64,000 nucleotides of DNA, from the NCBI RefSeq assembly GCF_006345805.1, contig NC_043021.1, positions 26,908,001 through 26,972,000 on the forward strand, in the 5' to 3' direction. Made by a program: the position numbers and the translations under genes. Origin of the DNA: Octopus sinensis (taxonomy: Eukaryota). How positions within the stretch are numbered: the stretch's first letter is position 1; each line of letters starts with the position of its first letter. The notes under the pieces are model-generated. The model was not told the origin of the DNA. It worked only from the letters and a program-made list of their open reading frames with translations, and did no database searches. Of this stretch, positions 1 through 13,668 are shown piece after piece.

Positions 1-1192
1 AGCCAGGTACTTATTCTGTTAATCTCTTTTGCCAAACTGGTAAGTTATGGGGATGTAAACACACCAGCACTGTTTGTCAAGTGGTGTGGGGGAAAAACAC
101 AGACACATGCATGCACACACACTATGGGCTTCTTTCAGTTTCCGTTCACCAAATCCCCTAACAAGGCTTTGATCAGCCTGAGGCTATAGCAAGAATTACT
201 TGCCCAAGGTGCCATGCAGTGGGACTGCACCTAGAATCATGTGGCTACCAGTATGAAATCCACACACTGGCCCATGGTTCTACACTAATGAACTGAACCC
301 AAGACTACCTGGTTGGTAAACAACCTTCTTAACCACATAGCTATGCTTGCACTGATTACAATGTCTGAAAAACAATCAAGACAAAATAAATGAATGACAG
401 TACAGTTAGAGCTGGAGTGTCTTTTGCTAGCATGGAAAACAGACGCTAAACGATGATGATGATGATGATGATGATGATTTGCTAGATCAGGGCATGCATG
501 GTGGTGGTGGTGGTGGTGGGGCAAGCAACAACAATGACTCCTGAGATGGGATGAAAGGGGGCAGAGCTAGTCTGACTGAAATTTGAGCTCAGGACATAAA
601 AAAATGTAAATAAATTCTACTGGGTATCTATCTACTTCTCCCACTTCCCACTGGCCATCACTCAAAGTATTTAATATCCTTTCTACTATAGGCACAAGGC
701 CTGAAACTTAGTGGCTAATCAATTACATCAACCCCAGTGCATACCTGGTACTTATTTCATCGACCCCCAAAAGGATGAAAGGCAAAATTGGAATTTGAAC
801 TCAGAATATAAGGACAGATGAAATGCCACTAAGTTTTTTGCCTGGCATGCTAACAAGTCTGCCAGCTCACTGCTGTCAAGGTATCTAATATATAAACAAC
901 TACAGGTAATTTTTATCAAAATGTGAAGACATATACATGTCTGGTGTGATGTGAAAAGAGAAAGACATCAAATGGTTCAGGTAGGGTCATTCATTGATTG
1001 ATATTTCCTTTGATAGCATGCAGCCGCATACTTCACCTTTATATTACTTATGTAGGTGTGTTTCTCGGAGGTTGTGATGAGTTGTTGTTGTTGTTGTTGT
1101 TGATGGTGGTGGTGATGGTGGTAAGGAACTGATCATCACTGCTCTGATCTCATTGCTCATTGCTGTCTTTTGATGTGAAAAAGATTAGTTAC

Positions 1193-1223
1193 CTGGAGAA
1201 GGTTCAATGAAAAAGCTTGTGAA
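1193..1223 (-). CDS. candidate 31-nt micro-exon (FTSFFIEPSP+1 nt)
   Basis: Acceptor TTCTCATGCAG| and donor CAG|GTAACT. Phase-compatible with the 4391-4489 candidate. Confidence 0.35.
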
Positions 1224-3206
1224 CTGCATGAGAATATATGAAAATATATGTAACTGTATACATACGTATGTATGTATGTGCATCTATGAGTGCATGTATG
1301 TATGAGTATGTATGTGTGTGTATGTGTGGAGCCACTTTGTAGGACCCCATTTCTGTTTGACCTTTGCTTCAGCAATCTTTGATTGCAGTGAGGGGAGATG
1401 GGTCTGTGAGGGAAGGGGCAATGAAAGAAAGGAAGGAAGAAGATATGGAAGAAAAGAGGTTCTTGTCTATACCTGCCATGGTGCATCCACCACCACCACC
1501 ACCACCACTACCACCAAAAACATCAACACTTTCCTTATTAACACTTCTGTTAACCTTATCACCTTAATAACATTACCAGAACTCTCTATACTATTACCAC
1601 CACCACAACCACAATTATCATCACTACTGCCCCCCCCCCCACCACCTGCTGTTACTACCATCACATTCTCTGTCACCATTATCCTTAACCCACTACTACC
1701 ACCACCACCACCACCACCAATACTAAATCAGACAGAGGGTGACAATCACCGTATTCACCACTTCCCTGAATTATGGAACATGCAATTCTACAAGTGGCAG
1801 CTCAGCAGACTTTAAATTCATACATTCATACATACATACATACATATATATATTTATATACATTCATACATGCATACATATATACCTACATATAGGTGCA
1901 GGCGTGATTGTGTGGTTAAGAAGCTTGAGCATTGCTGCATGGTTTTGGGTTCAGTCCCACCATGCAGCACCTTCGGCCACAGACCAACCAATACCTCATG
2001 AGTGAATTTAGTAGACGGAAACTGTGTGGAAGCCCATTCTATGTATGAATGTGTGTGCTTTTGTGTCTAACCACTTGACAACTGGTGTTTGTTTGATTAC
2101 ATCCACATCACTTAACAAACAGTTCAGCAAAAGAGGTGGATAGAATAAGTACTAGACTTCAAAATAATAAGTCCTGAAGTTGATTTGTTTGACTAAACCC
2201 TTCAAGGTGACGCCCCAGCATGGCCACAGTCCAATGAATGAAACAAGTAAATGATAAAAGATATATAAAATATTCTGAATCCTAGGAATAAATTTTAAAT
2301 CCCAGGATCCAGGAACCTGCAGAATGTCATTAAACTCTGATACCTAGCTACTTGTAACTTGAGATAGTTACTTGTTAGACCCCTGATAAAGATACTTGGT
2401 GTTCATATCATAGCTCAGCTTTCCATATTCAGTGAATTTTGTGGTATGTGATGATATTGTAATATTTTCTTAATGTTTATTACAGAGATGACAGTAGCGA
2501 GCCGGCAGATTAGTTAGCATGCTGGGTAAAATCTTTACAGGTATTTCGTCCGTCCAAACGTTTTGAATCTAAAGTCCACTGAGGTTCACTCTGTCTTTCA
2601 TCCTCATGGAGTTAACAAAATAAGCATCAGTTGAACACCGGGTTCAATTTAATCAGCTCAGCCTCTCCCCCAAAATCGTTGGCCATACACACACACACAC
2701 ACACACATATTTGATTAATGGGAGAGACAGAAAATGGGAGATCTGAGAATCTTTAATGAACGCTACAATTCTTTTAACCCATCTAACATCAATACTTTCC
2801 AAGTGGGATACTGAACATCTGGTTTAGGTGTATCCCTCGGGGTATACCATATGATTTATTAACTATCATATTCTTTTATTTGTTTCAGTCACTTGACTGC
2901 GGCTATGTGGGAGCACCGCCTTTAGTTGAACAAATTGACCTCAGAACTTATTCTTTATAAGCCTAGTACTTATTCTTTTGGTCTATTTTGCTAAACCGGT
3001 AAGTTACGGGGGACATAAAAACAGCAGCATCGGTTGTCAAGTGATGTTGGGGCGACAAGCGCAATCACACAAACACACACACACATGCATATACATATAT
3101 ATATATGTATATATATGACAGGCTTCTTTCAGTTTCTGTTGACCAAATTCACTCACAAGGCTTTGGTCAGCTCGAGGCTATAGTAGAAGGTGCCACGCAG
3201 TGAGAA

Positions 3207-3215
3207 TATGTATAT

Positions 3216-3270
<55 letters not shown>

Positions 3271-3495
3271 GTATATATATATATGTATATATATATGTAT
3301 ATATATATATGTATATATATATATGTATATATATATATGTATATGTATATATGTATATATATATGTATATATATATGTATATATGTAATATATATGTATA
3401 TATGTATGTATATATGTATATATATATGTATATATATAATATATATATATGTATATATATATGTATATATGTATGTATATATGTATGTATATATG

Positions 3496-3531
<36 letters not shown>

Positions 3532-3563
3532 TACATATATATATAGTATATATATATACATAT
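3207..3563. repeat. compound (TA)n/(TATG)n microsatellite
   Basis: Direct reading. Confidence 0.95.
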
Positions 3564-3620
3564 ACAAAATGGCTGACGGTTAGTAAGGAGAGACACACAA
3601 ATAAGAAAGAAGAAAACAAA

Positions 3621-3665
3621 GGACCACTGATGAGGTCACAGGAGTGTGACGAAAGAACTCTGGCC
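3621..3665 (+). ncRNA. minimal type-I hammerhead ribozyme motif (Penelope-like element remnant)
   Basis: GGACCA-CTGATGA-G-GTCACA(GGAG)TGTGAC-GAAA-GAAC-TC-TGGCC: both core boxes, a 6-bp stem II, a short stem I and a tiny stem III. Confidence 0.6.
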
Positions 3666-3825
3666 AAAATAAGATTAAGATTAATGTAAAAAATAAATAA
3701 CGCTGAAGCAAAGTAACACCAAATATATAGTGCGTGTGTTTTTATTGGCTAAACTGGCAAAATGACCATTCCTAAATACAACAATATCTGTTTCAACACA
3801 CAATTTCACATCAAAAATCTTGCAA

Positions 3826-3868
<43 letters not shown>

Positions 3869-4018
3869 GAATGTATGTATATGTCCCACTGCATGGCACC
3901 TTGAACAAGTGTCTTCTATAGTCTTGCGCCAACCAAAGCCTTGTAAGTAGATTTGGTAGACAGAAACTGAAAGAAGCCTGTCGTAGATATGTATATGTGT
4001 ATATAAATATATACACAA

Positions 4019-4060
<42 letters not shown>

Positions 4061-4069
4061 GTATATGTG

Positions 4070-4106
<37 letters not shown>

Positions 4107-4390
4107 CTGTGTTTGTTTCCCCAACCACCATTGCTTGACAAGCAATGCTGGTGTGTATACATCCCTGTAACTTAACAGTTCGGCAAAAGACACCAATAGA
4201 ATATGTACTAGGCTTACAATGAATAAGTCCTGGGGTCGATTTGTTCGACTAAAGGCAGTGCTCCAGCATGGCCACAGTCAATTGACCGAAACAAATAAAA
4301 GAATACATATATATTTGCATACACCAATATGTGCACACACACACACACATACATAGGGTGACAATCTGAAGTGGCAGCAATGATAATTAC

Positions 4391-4489
4391 CTGAGGGGGA
4401 AATCCTCTCCAATAAACACTAGAATTCAGAATATACAATTCTTTATTATAGGAGTAGTTATAACTATGTGAGTTATCTAACATACATAT
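4391..4489 (-). CDS. candidate 99-nt coding exon (ICMLDNSHSYNYSYNKELYILNSSVYWRGFPPQ), product unknown
   Basis: Acceptor TTTTCACAACAG| and donor CAG|GTAATT. Open in phase 0-0. Unique island between repeats. Confidence 0.35.
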
Positions 4490-5766
4490 CTGTTGTGAAA
4501 ACAACTTCCCACATTCATTGAGTTTTTAAGGCACTAATACGTACATACATATATTGTCAGGGGCTCAACTCGGTTATCAATACCAGTGACTACCATCACT
4601 TCCATAAATGCTATCAACAACCACCATTACTACCATACTTCAATGCCATCCACCATCACAACATCACCTCCATAAAAATCACCCCGTTGAGTCATTGAGC
4701 CTTTAAGTCAGGAATTCCCAACATTTTACCTTTGCGACCTATTTTGGTAAATCAATAATTAACACTCCACAAATATTTTTTTGTTATTATTTTAATCAAT
4801 AACTCTTTGTCAGTATCCCACCCACTTTGCCAGTTCGACATTCTGATTTCTATACCTCCCACCCTGTGTAACAAGAAAAATGCAGTCTTGTGTACAACAC
4901 AATTTATTATATAATAGCCTTATGTTATGCCTTCTATACAACACAATGTATTATGTAACATTAATAGCCTTATATTAAAGTAATCTTACATATGGCTCTA
5001 TTACACAACATTAACAGTTTTATATTAAATGTGCCTTGTATACAACACTACTACATAACATTTACAGCTTTCTATTAAAGTAGTCTTGTATACTACACTA
5101 TTACATAAAATTAACAGTTTTATAATAATTTTATATAAATGTATATTATATCTCCATAAAATCAACATTTAGGAGAATTCATCAAGTGAAAACAGTACAT
5201 ACAATGATAAAGAATTTTTGATCCAAGAACAATTTTCTCGCTGAATTCTTCAAATTTTTTTTGAAATTGTGAAATTACCATATAACTTCTCCATCATTAA
5301 GAATTATGGAGTTAAAAAAAGTGGGGTTTGAGAGAAAGTGAGGTAGTATTTAGCAGAAAAATTAAATATTGTGCAGTGAAATGATAGCAGGATTTTACTG
5401 GTGGTGGTTTAGTGCTGGGTAGTTTAGCCCCATATCAGCCCTGATTGAGTAAATCTCTAATCAAAATCATTGCAGCCAAGATCATCCAATTTTAACCGGT
5501 GTAGCCAAATGTTTGATTCCCAACCAGGGGGTTTCTGGTTCAGTCCCATTATGTGGTGTCTTGGGTAAGTGTTTTCTACTATAATTCTAAGCCAGTCAAA
5601 AACTTATGAGAGGATTTGTTAAATGGAAACTGAAAAATGTTTGAATGTATGTATATATATATATATATATATACATATCTATATATATATATATACATAT
5701 CTATATATATATATATATATATAAATATCTATATATATATATACATACCTATATCTATCTATCTAT

Positions 5767-7303
5767 CATCATCGTTTAACGTCCGCTTTCCATGCTAGCA
5801 TGGGTTAGACGGTTCGACTGGGGTCTGGGAAGCCAGGAGGCTGCACCAGGCCCAGTCTGATCTGGCAGAGTTTCTACAGCTGGATGCCCTTCCTAACGCC
5901 AACCACTCTGTGAGTGTAGTGAGTGCTTTTTTTGTGCCAGGCGAGGCTGGCAACGGCCACGATTGGTTGGTGCTTTTTACATGCCATCGGCACGACGCCA
6001 GTCGGGGCGGCACTGGCAACGGCCACATTCAGATGGTTCTTTTACGTGCCACCGGCACTGGTATCACAACTACAATTTCCATTGATTTTTGAGCGATTTC
6101 GATTCTGATTTCACTTGCCTCAACAGGTCTTCGCAAGCAGAGTTTTGTGTCCCAAGAAGGAAAGGTATGCATAGGGGCCACGGGTTATGGCCTCACTTGT
6201 CCTGCCGGGTCTTCCCACGCACAGCATACTTCCAAAGGTCTTGGTCTCTAGTCATTGCCTCGGTGAGACCTAATGTTCGAAGGTCGTGCTTCATCACACC
6301 TCATCCCAGGTTTTCCTGGGTCTACCTCTTCCACAGGTCCCCTCAACCGCTAGGGTGTGGCACTTTTTCACACAACTATCTTCATCCATTCTCGTCACAT
6401 GACCATACCGGCGCAATCGTCTCTCTTGCACACTACAACTGATGCTTCTTAGGTCCAACTTTTCTCTCAAGGTACTTACACTCTGTCGAGTATGAACACT
6501 GACATTACACATCCATCGGAGCATACTGGCTTCATTTCTTGCGAGCTTACGCATATCCTCAGCAGTCATGGTCCATGTTTCACTGCCATGTAGCATGGCT
6601 GTTTGTACACATACATCATACAGTGTACCTTTTACTCTGAGCAAGCTCTCTGAACTTTGCCCAGGCTATTCTTACTCTAGCAGTTACACTTTCAGCACAC
6701 CCGTCCCCCACTACTGACTCGGTCACCTAGGTAACGGAAGCTATCGACTACTTCTAGTTTTTCTCCCTGGAAAGTGGCGGAAGTTGTTCTCTGCGCATTT
6801 TCAGTGTTTATTGCTCCTGAGCATCTGCCACAAACAAAAACTGTCTTCCCAGTTAGCCCTCCTTTGACATTGCTGCATCTGTAATGTGTCCATAGCTTAC
6901 ACTTGGTGCATCTTATAGAGTTCCTACCTATGCCTTTTCTACTGTTCGAGCATGGCCATCTACCTGAAGGCGTTTGTGATTTGTCTACCTTCCTACTTAA
7001 TATGACTTTGGTTTTAGCTAGGTTGACTCTAAGGCTCTTCGATTCTAATCCTTGCTTCCATACCTGAAACTTCTCCTCTAGTTCTGATAGTGACTCATCA
7101 ATTAGAGCAAGGTCATCAGCATAGAGGAGCTACCAGGGGCATCCTGTCTTGAATTCCTCCGTTATTGCCTGGAGGACTATGATAAATAGGAGGGGGCTGA
7201 GGACTGAGCCTTGGTGGACCCCTACCTCTACCCGGAATTCTTCAGTGTACTCGTTGCCAACCCTCACCTTACTAACAGTGTCCCTGTACATGGCTTTAAC
7301 CAT
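5767..7303 (-). mobile_element. RTE-clade LINE family 1, 5'-truncated copy
   Basis: HQGSVLSPLLF..W*LLYADDL..RGRPRKTW motifs, homologous to 28130-29778. Tail appears as (CAT)n at 5767. Confidence 0.95.
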
Positions 7304-8062
7304 TCTTCTATCCCTTGTTTCCTCATATATATATATATATATATAATATAGAGCAAAAGTGGCAGTTTTAATATCCAAAGGTAAAATATTTACCACTTAA
7401 TAGTGGATGTTGCATTACAGACAGACAGACAGATATCATCATCATCATTTTCATGTCCAGTTTCCCAGCTTTGCGTGTGTCTGATGGAGTTTATTGAATC
7501 AGATTTTCTAAAGCCAGATGTTTTTCCTCTAGCCAACACTCACCTCTTTGCAAGCAACGTAATATGTCCCCATAGCCCGATATTTTCTCACAGAATACTG
7601 GGAATGAATGACACCCATTTACAATTATCACATGATTTCAGAACATGAGTAGATAAACATACACTCTAGAACACACATATTGTGCGCGCGTGTGTGTGTG
7701 TGTAAATATATATATTCTTTTACTCCTTTGTTTCAGTCATTTGACTGTGGCCATGCTGGAGTACCGCCTTTAGTCAGACCAGTCGACCTCAGGACTTACT
7801 CTTTGTAAGCCTAGTACTTATTCCATCGGTCTGTTTTGCCAAACCATAAAGTTACAGGGACATAAACACATCAACATTGGTTGTCAAGCAATGGGGGGGG
7901 GGACGACAGACACCCATATACATACATATACATATATATATCTATATGATGGGCTTCTTTCAGTTGCCATCTACCAAATCCACTCACAAGGCTTTGGTCA
8001 GCCTGAGGCTATAGTAGAAGACACTTGGGACTGAACCCAGAACCAGAACCATTCCTGTGCCT

Positions 8063-8093
<31 letters not shown>

Positions 8094-8148
8094 ATAACAG
8101 TGGCTTGTAAGCAATTTTGCAAATGAAAGGCAAAAATATACACATTAC

Positions 8149-8349
8149 TAAAGGAACTAAGGGCACTAGTCAGCACCAGTATTGCTAGAAATAAGAGCCA
8201 AACAACTCATAGCCACAATAAGCACCATCTTAATGACTGACAGGGGGGCTTCTTTGTTAGTCATTAAGATGGTGCTTATTGTGGCTATGAGTTGTTTTGA
8301 CTCTAATTTCTAGCAATACTGGTGCTGACTAGTGCCCTTAGTTGCTTTA
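8149..8349. repeat. long inverted repeat (~94-bp arms, 12-nt spacer)
   Basis: 8149-8242 is the near-perfect reverse complement of 8255-8349. Confidence 0.9.
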
Positions 8350-9396
8350 ATCACGTGTATATTTATATATGTGTGTGTGTGTATATAAAGACACCCTAGG
8401 TCATGAATGTCTATGGGATTGCATCTAAAATGACCCCTTCCAAGGCACAAGTCCAGGAAAGGTTGTTTCCTGGAAGACCAGCAGTCACCCATGCATACCA
8501 GTCACCCTACTCCACACCAACGATGTTGTCCAAAGGAAAGGCAAAGGGGCCGATACAGCTTGGTACCAGTGACATTGCACCTCATTTCTACAGCTGAGTG
8601 TACCAGAGCAATGTGAAATAAAGTGTCTTGCTCAAGAATACAATGTACAGCCCAGTCCAGGAATCGAACTCACTACCTCACAATTGTAAGCCTGACTCCC
8701 TAATCACTGAGCCATGTGCCTTCATACACACACACACACAGATATATATATATATATATAATAAATATACATACAAGAGACTTCGTTTAGTTTCTGTCTA
8801 CCAAATCCACTCACAAGGCTTTGATCAGCCTAGAACTATGGTAGGAGACACTTACCCAAGGTGCCATGCAGTGGGAGTGAGCCTGGAATCATGCGGTTGG
8901 AAAGCAAAATTCTGACCACACAGCCATACTGGCCTCTATCTATTTATGTGTATGTATGGGGGGGGGGGGGTCAGTGCGTCTTTGTGTTAGCATCTCATCA
9001 TGACATTGTGAATGTCCATCATGCAATTTTCCTTCCTTTCCAATCCACTGTGAAAACATGTGGGGTCATGGAAGGAAATACTACCTTACTTAGAAACAAG
9101 AGACAGTTGGCACCGGGAAGGGCATATAGCCATAGAAGGTCCTCCTTAACCAATTCCATCTGACCCCTGTAATTGTGGAAAAATACATGTAAAAGCTATG
9201 ATGATGATGATAAATACGCATTCAGTTGAGAACACATTATCATTATCATCATCATCATTTAACGTCTGTTTTCCATGTTGGCATGGGTTAGATGGTTTGA
9301 TAGGGGCTGGCTAGGCAGAAGACTGCATCATGCTTCACTGTCTGTTTTGGCAGAGGTTTTATGGCTGGATGCCATTCCTAACACCAACCACCTTAA

Positions 9397-9429
<33 letters not shown>

Positions 9430-11675
9430 TACTAAATGCATATATATATATACATACATACATATACATACATGTTTATATACATACACATAGTAAAGTG
9501 TGATTTGAGGGAGATTTAACTGTTATTTCTAATATATCAAGTGGTGAGCGATATGGTGTTGTTTTTGTTGGTGGTAGTGGTGAGTGCAGAGTTGATTTTG
9601 TTGCTTAACCTCCAGGTTAGCTCCCATCATACAAACCAATGATCAAAACGCATTCCAGCTGTGACTGTCTTGTAATGACATTTCCTGATGTTAATCTCTC
9701 AAGGACTACACTTATTCAGTGTGTTCTTTTCTTCTTTTTTCCTTTTGTTTGTTTTTCAAGATTATAGGGTATAATTTGAGGGAGACTTGGTAACTGCTTC
9801 TAGCCAAATTGAGAGATCATTTTCTCAGTAGCTATCAAGTGCAGAATGGAAGCTCTAAGTATAGAGATGAGTCACTGAGAGAAGGTGGTGTGATATGAAG
9901 AAACTGGTGGTGGTTTTGATGAGGATGTGAGTGGTGGTGTTGAAGGTGATGATGATGATGGTGGTGGTGGTAGTGATGGTGTGGATTATAGTGGTATTGT
10001 TGTTGATGTTGTTGGTGGTGGTGGCGATGTAATAGGAAGAAAGTGCTGATGGTGCTTGTAGTAATAATACTGGAGGTGGTGGTTGTGGTGATGGTGGTGA
10101 TGGCAATGATGATGATTGTGACATTGGTGTTGTTGGTGGTGGTGGTGGTGGTTGACATGAAAGAATGGTAGTGAGTTAGGCTAGGGTTTATCATAGCAGT
10201 ACTGAGCATAACTCTGAACAGTAGCACTGAGCATTGATAATAGTAACACTGAATACTGCTACAGGGTCGAGGCCGGGTGGCTGTTGTGTTGCTGTTTAGC
10301 CTCAGGTCAAACTACAATCGAAAGCACTCCAGCCATGACCAAGGTTTGATTTGAGGAAATGTGGTTACTATATCTAACAGACTGAACATCCACTTCCTGT
10401 CACCACTCCTAACACATATCTTGTGGAGGCACATGGTTTAGTGATGTTGGACTCAGGGTTGTAAGATTGTGATTTTGATTCCTGGGCTGAGCAATCTGTT
10501 GTGTTCTTGAGCAAAATACTTCATTCCTTGTTGCTCCGTTTCACTCAACTAGCAAAACGAGTAATCCTGTGATAGACAGGCGTCCCATCCAGTGACTGAT
10601 ATGTGTGCCATGGAAAGTGGGAAACTGGCCCTATCAGTTGATATGACTCAGAAAGGACTTTTATCCTTATCCTATCCTAAGGAATACCTGTAATCCTATG
10701 AGCTTCCTCATTCACTCATGGGATAACAAGTATGTGTTGGTGGTGGGGACAGAAAGTGAAAAAGTATGAATGAAGGTATTTGTGGGTTTTGTTGTTGTTT
10801 TAATGGAGGTGGTGGTAATGGTTGTAGAGTCTGAGATAGTGTTGACAACAGTGCTTGTGGTAGTGATGGTGGCAGTGCAAAGAAGATTTTTTTTTTCTAT
10901 GTTTCCCTGTACCTATAAAAACTGATCTCAAACTAATAACCAATCATGAACAAGAATTTTTATTTAAGAATCTATATAAATTTTGGCTTGAAATTTCAGA
11001 TTGATAAAAAAAAAATGAGTCATTTTCATAAATTTTTGGTAAAAAAATGAGAAAACATTTGTTATAAATAAAAAAGAAAAGAAAATATGGAATCAAAATC
11101 GAAACTAAAAATTATTTTAAGAATTCAAATATCAGTTTATTATTATCAATTCAAATTTTAGTGAAGGGTTAAAATTTAAACAAAAACAAATTTATTTTTT
11201 CATTACAAGTTTGAATTTTGTTTTATTTCAAAATTGGTAAAAACACTTATGCTTTTAAAAATATCATTCTCATGAAATCTTTATTCTGTTTTTTAAAATG
11301 AAATTTCTGTTTCGATCCAATAAACTTGAATTTATTTTAAGAATTCAAATATCAGTTTCTTGTTATTAGTTTGAATTTTAGTAAAGAAAATTGGAAGAAA
11401 ATTTTCTTATTTTTTTTACAGGTTTGAATTTTATATTATTTCAAAATCAATAAAAACTTTATGATTTCAAAAAAAAAATGTGATTTCATTCAAATCCTTT
11501 TCCTTTCACTGCAATGTTCAGAATTTTTTTTAAAATGTCTCATTTTTCATTTTTTTTTTAACCTGAAATTTCAAACTGCAAAAGGGAAAAGAAGGATAAT
11601 GAGAAAAATTGATAAAAAAGTGAGTGAGTGAGTGAGTGAGTGTGTGTGTGAGTGACTGAGTGTGTGTGTATGTGT

Positions 11676-11714
<39 letters not shown>

Positions 11715-12040
11715 GGGACAGATAAAAAAAACCTGAAATAGGATAACAGAAATACAGTGGGGAACAAAAAATAGAAATTGGGAAAACAAAACATAAATAT
11801 AAAAAAAGACAAAATACAAGTGAAACTAAGGAAAAAAGAGAAATTTCCCAAAACAGAAAAGGTAAAATTTTAAAATGGCATAGTTCCATGCTTAAGTTTG
11901 CTTCCCAATCACATAGTTTAGAGTTCAGTCCCACTGTGTGCCTCTTGGGTAAAAGTCTTCTACTATAGCTCCAGACCAATCAAGGCCTTGTGAATGGATT
12001 TGGTAAAAGGAAATTGAAAGAAGCCTGTTGTGTGCGTGTG

Positions 12041-12078
<38 letters not shown>

Positions 12079-12283
12079 TCTTTTATTATTTTACTTGTTT
12101 CAGTCATTTGACTGTGGCCATGCTAGAGCACTGCCCTAAAGGGTTTTAGTTGAAGAAATCAACCCCAGGACTTATTCTTTGTAAGCCTAGTACTTACTTA
12201 TTTTATCAGTTGCTTTTGCTGAACCACTGAGTTATGGGGGACATAAACACATCAGCATTGGTTGTCAAGTGATGGTGGGAGGA

Positions 12284-12314
<31 letters not shown>

Positions 12315-12848
12315 GATGGTCTTCTTTCAGTTTCCATCTACCAAATCCACTCACAAGACTTTGGTCAGCCTGAGGCTATAGTAGAAGACACTTGCCTAAG
12401 GTGTTATGCAGTGGGACTGAATCTGGAATCATGTGATTTAGAAGCAAGCGTCTTACCACACAGCCACACCTGCACCAATGCAATCATTATATGTCAGGTG
12501 GTGAGTGACTAAATCAGCTCCTCCGTTTGAGTAGCTTGCTACCCTTGTGATGAGGGTGTCTGGACACCCACCAGGACTAAAAACAAGACCAGTCAAAAGG
12601 CAGATGAGCTCTTTGTGGACCAACAGTTACCTGGTTGGGGAGGGCAATAGCAAACCACCCCCAGTATCTCTACCAAGTAAACAGTATAAAAAAGTTTTTA
12701 AAAATTAATGCTACGACTTCATCTGATGAGAGAACTCACATCTAATTGGGAAGACTTGCATTGTAGTGTCATCAATGTACTGCAAAAATATACAATACAT
12801 GATAACAACAATACATTATATTACATTTTATATATATATATATATATG

Positions 12849-13051
12849 AATATATTAAATTAGAGATAAAACCACTATTAGGTAAATCAAACAGTGAAAA
12901 TCATAAACCAATACATAGAAATAAAATGAATTAATAAAAAATATAAAAAATAAAATTCAAAATTTAAATTATTTAAATTTAAAGTTAAAATTTTAAAAAT
13001 TATTTAAATTAATAATTTATACTTATAAATTTATATATATATATAATATAT

Positions 13052-13086
<35 letters not shown>

Positions 13087-13187
13087 TTTATTATTATTAT
13101 TATTACTTTTAATATATATAACTATCAAAGAGTATTAAAAGTTGTTTGATTTGCCTAATAGTGGTTTTATCTCTAATTTAATATATT
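12849..13187. repeat. 45-bp inverted repeat around an AT-only spacer
   Basis: 12849-12893 versus 13143-13187, one mismatch. Confidence 0.85.
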
Positions 13188-13272
13188 TATTTATACTATA
13201 AAATTAGATTTAATCCTAAATCTAATTTTTCCCTGTAAGTTTGGATTTACTCCCTAATATTATTATTATATA

Positions 13273-13668
13273 CTAGCAGTATCGCCCGGCGTTGCTCGGG
13301 TTGTAATGGAAATAACTATATAAGCATTTTTAGAGAGTTATAGGCAAAAAATAGCAAAAAAATGCATTAGAAATTGAAAAAAAATTAAGGTAAATTTTTT
13401 TTTTAAATCGTTGACACATCGTAGATATTTTTAGAGAGTTACTTCCCTTGTATAAAAGCGAAAAAAATGCATTAAAATGGAAAAAATATGATGGTAAATT
13501 TTTTAAAAATCGTAGACTCATCGTAGACGTGCGCTAATACCCAGAAGGGCTCGATATGAATCACGACTATAAGATACCCGCTTTTGGTTAAACTGCACTG
13601 CAAAATGTGGGAGTAGTTACGATCTAAATCAAAGGGGACAGACACACAACTTCACTCTTATATAAAGA
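13273..13668 (-). mobile_element. non-autonomous Helitron
   Basis: Minus strand starts A|TC and ends CTAG|T. Subterminal GC hairpin CCCGAGC-AAC-GCCGGG (13285-13300). Internal ~100-bp direct repeat. No TSD. Confidence 0.75.
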
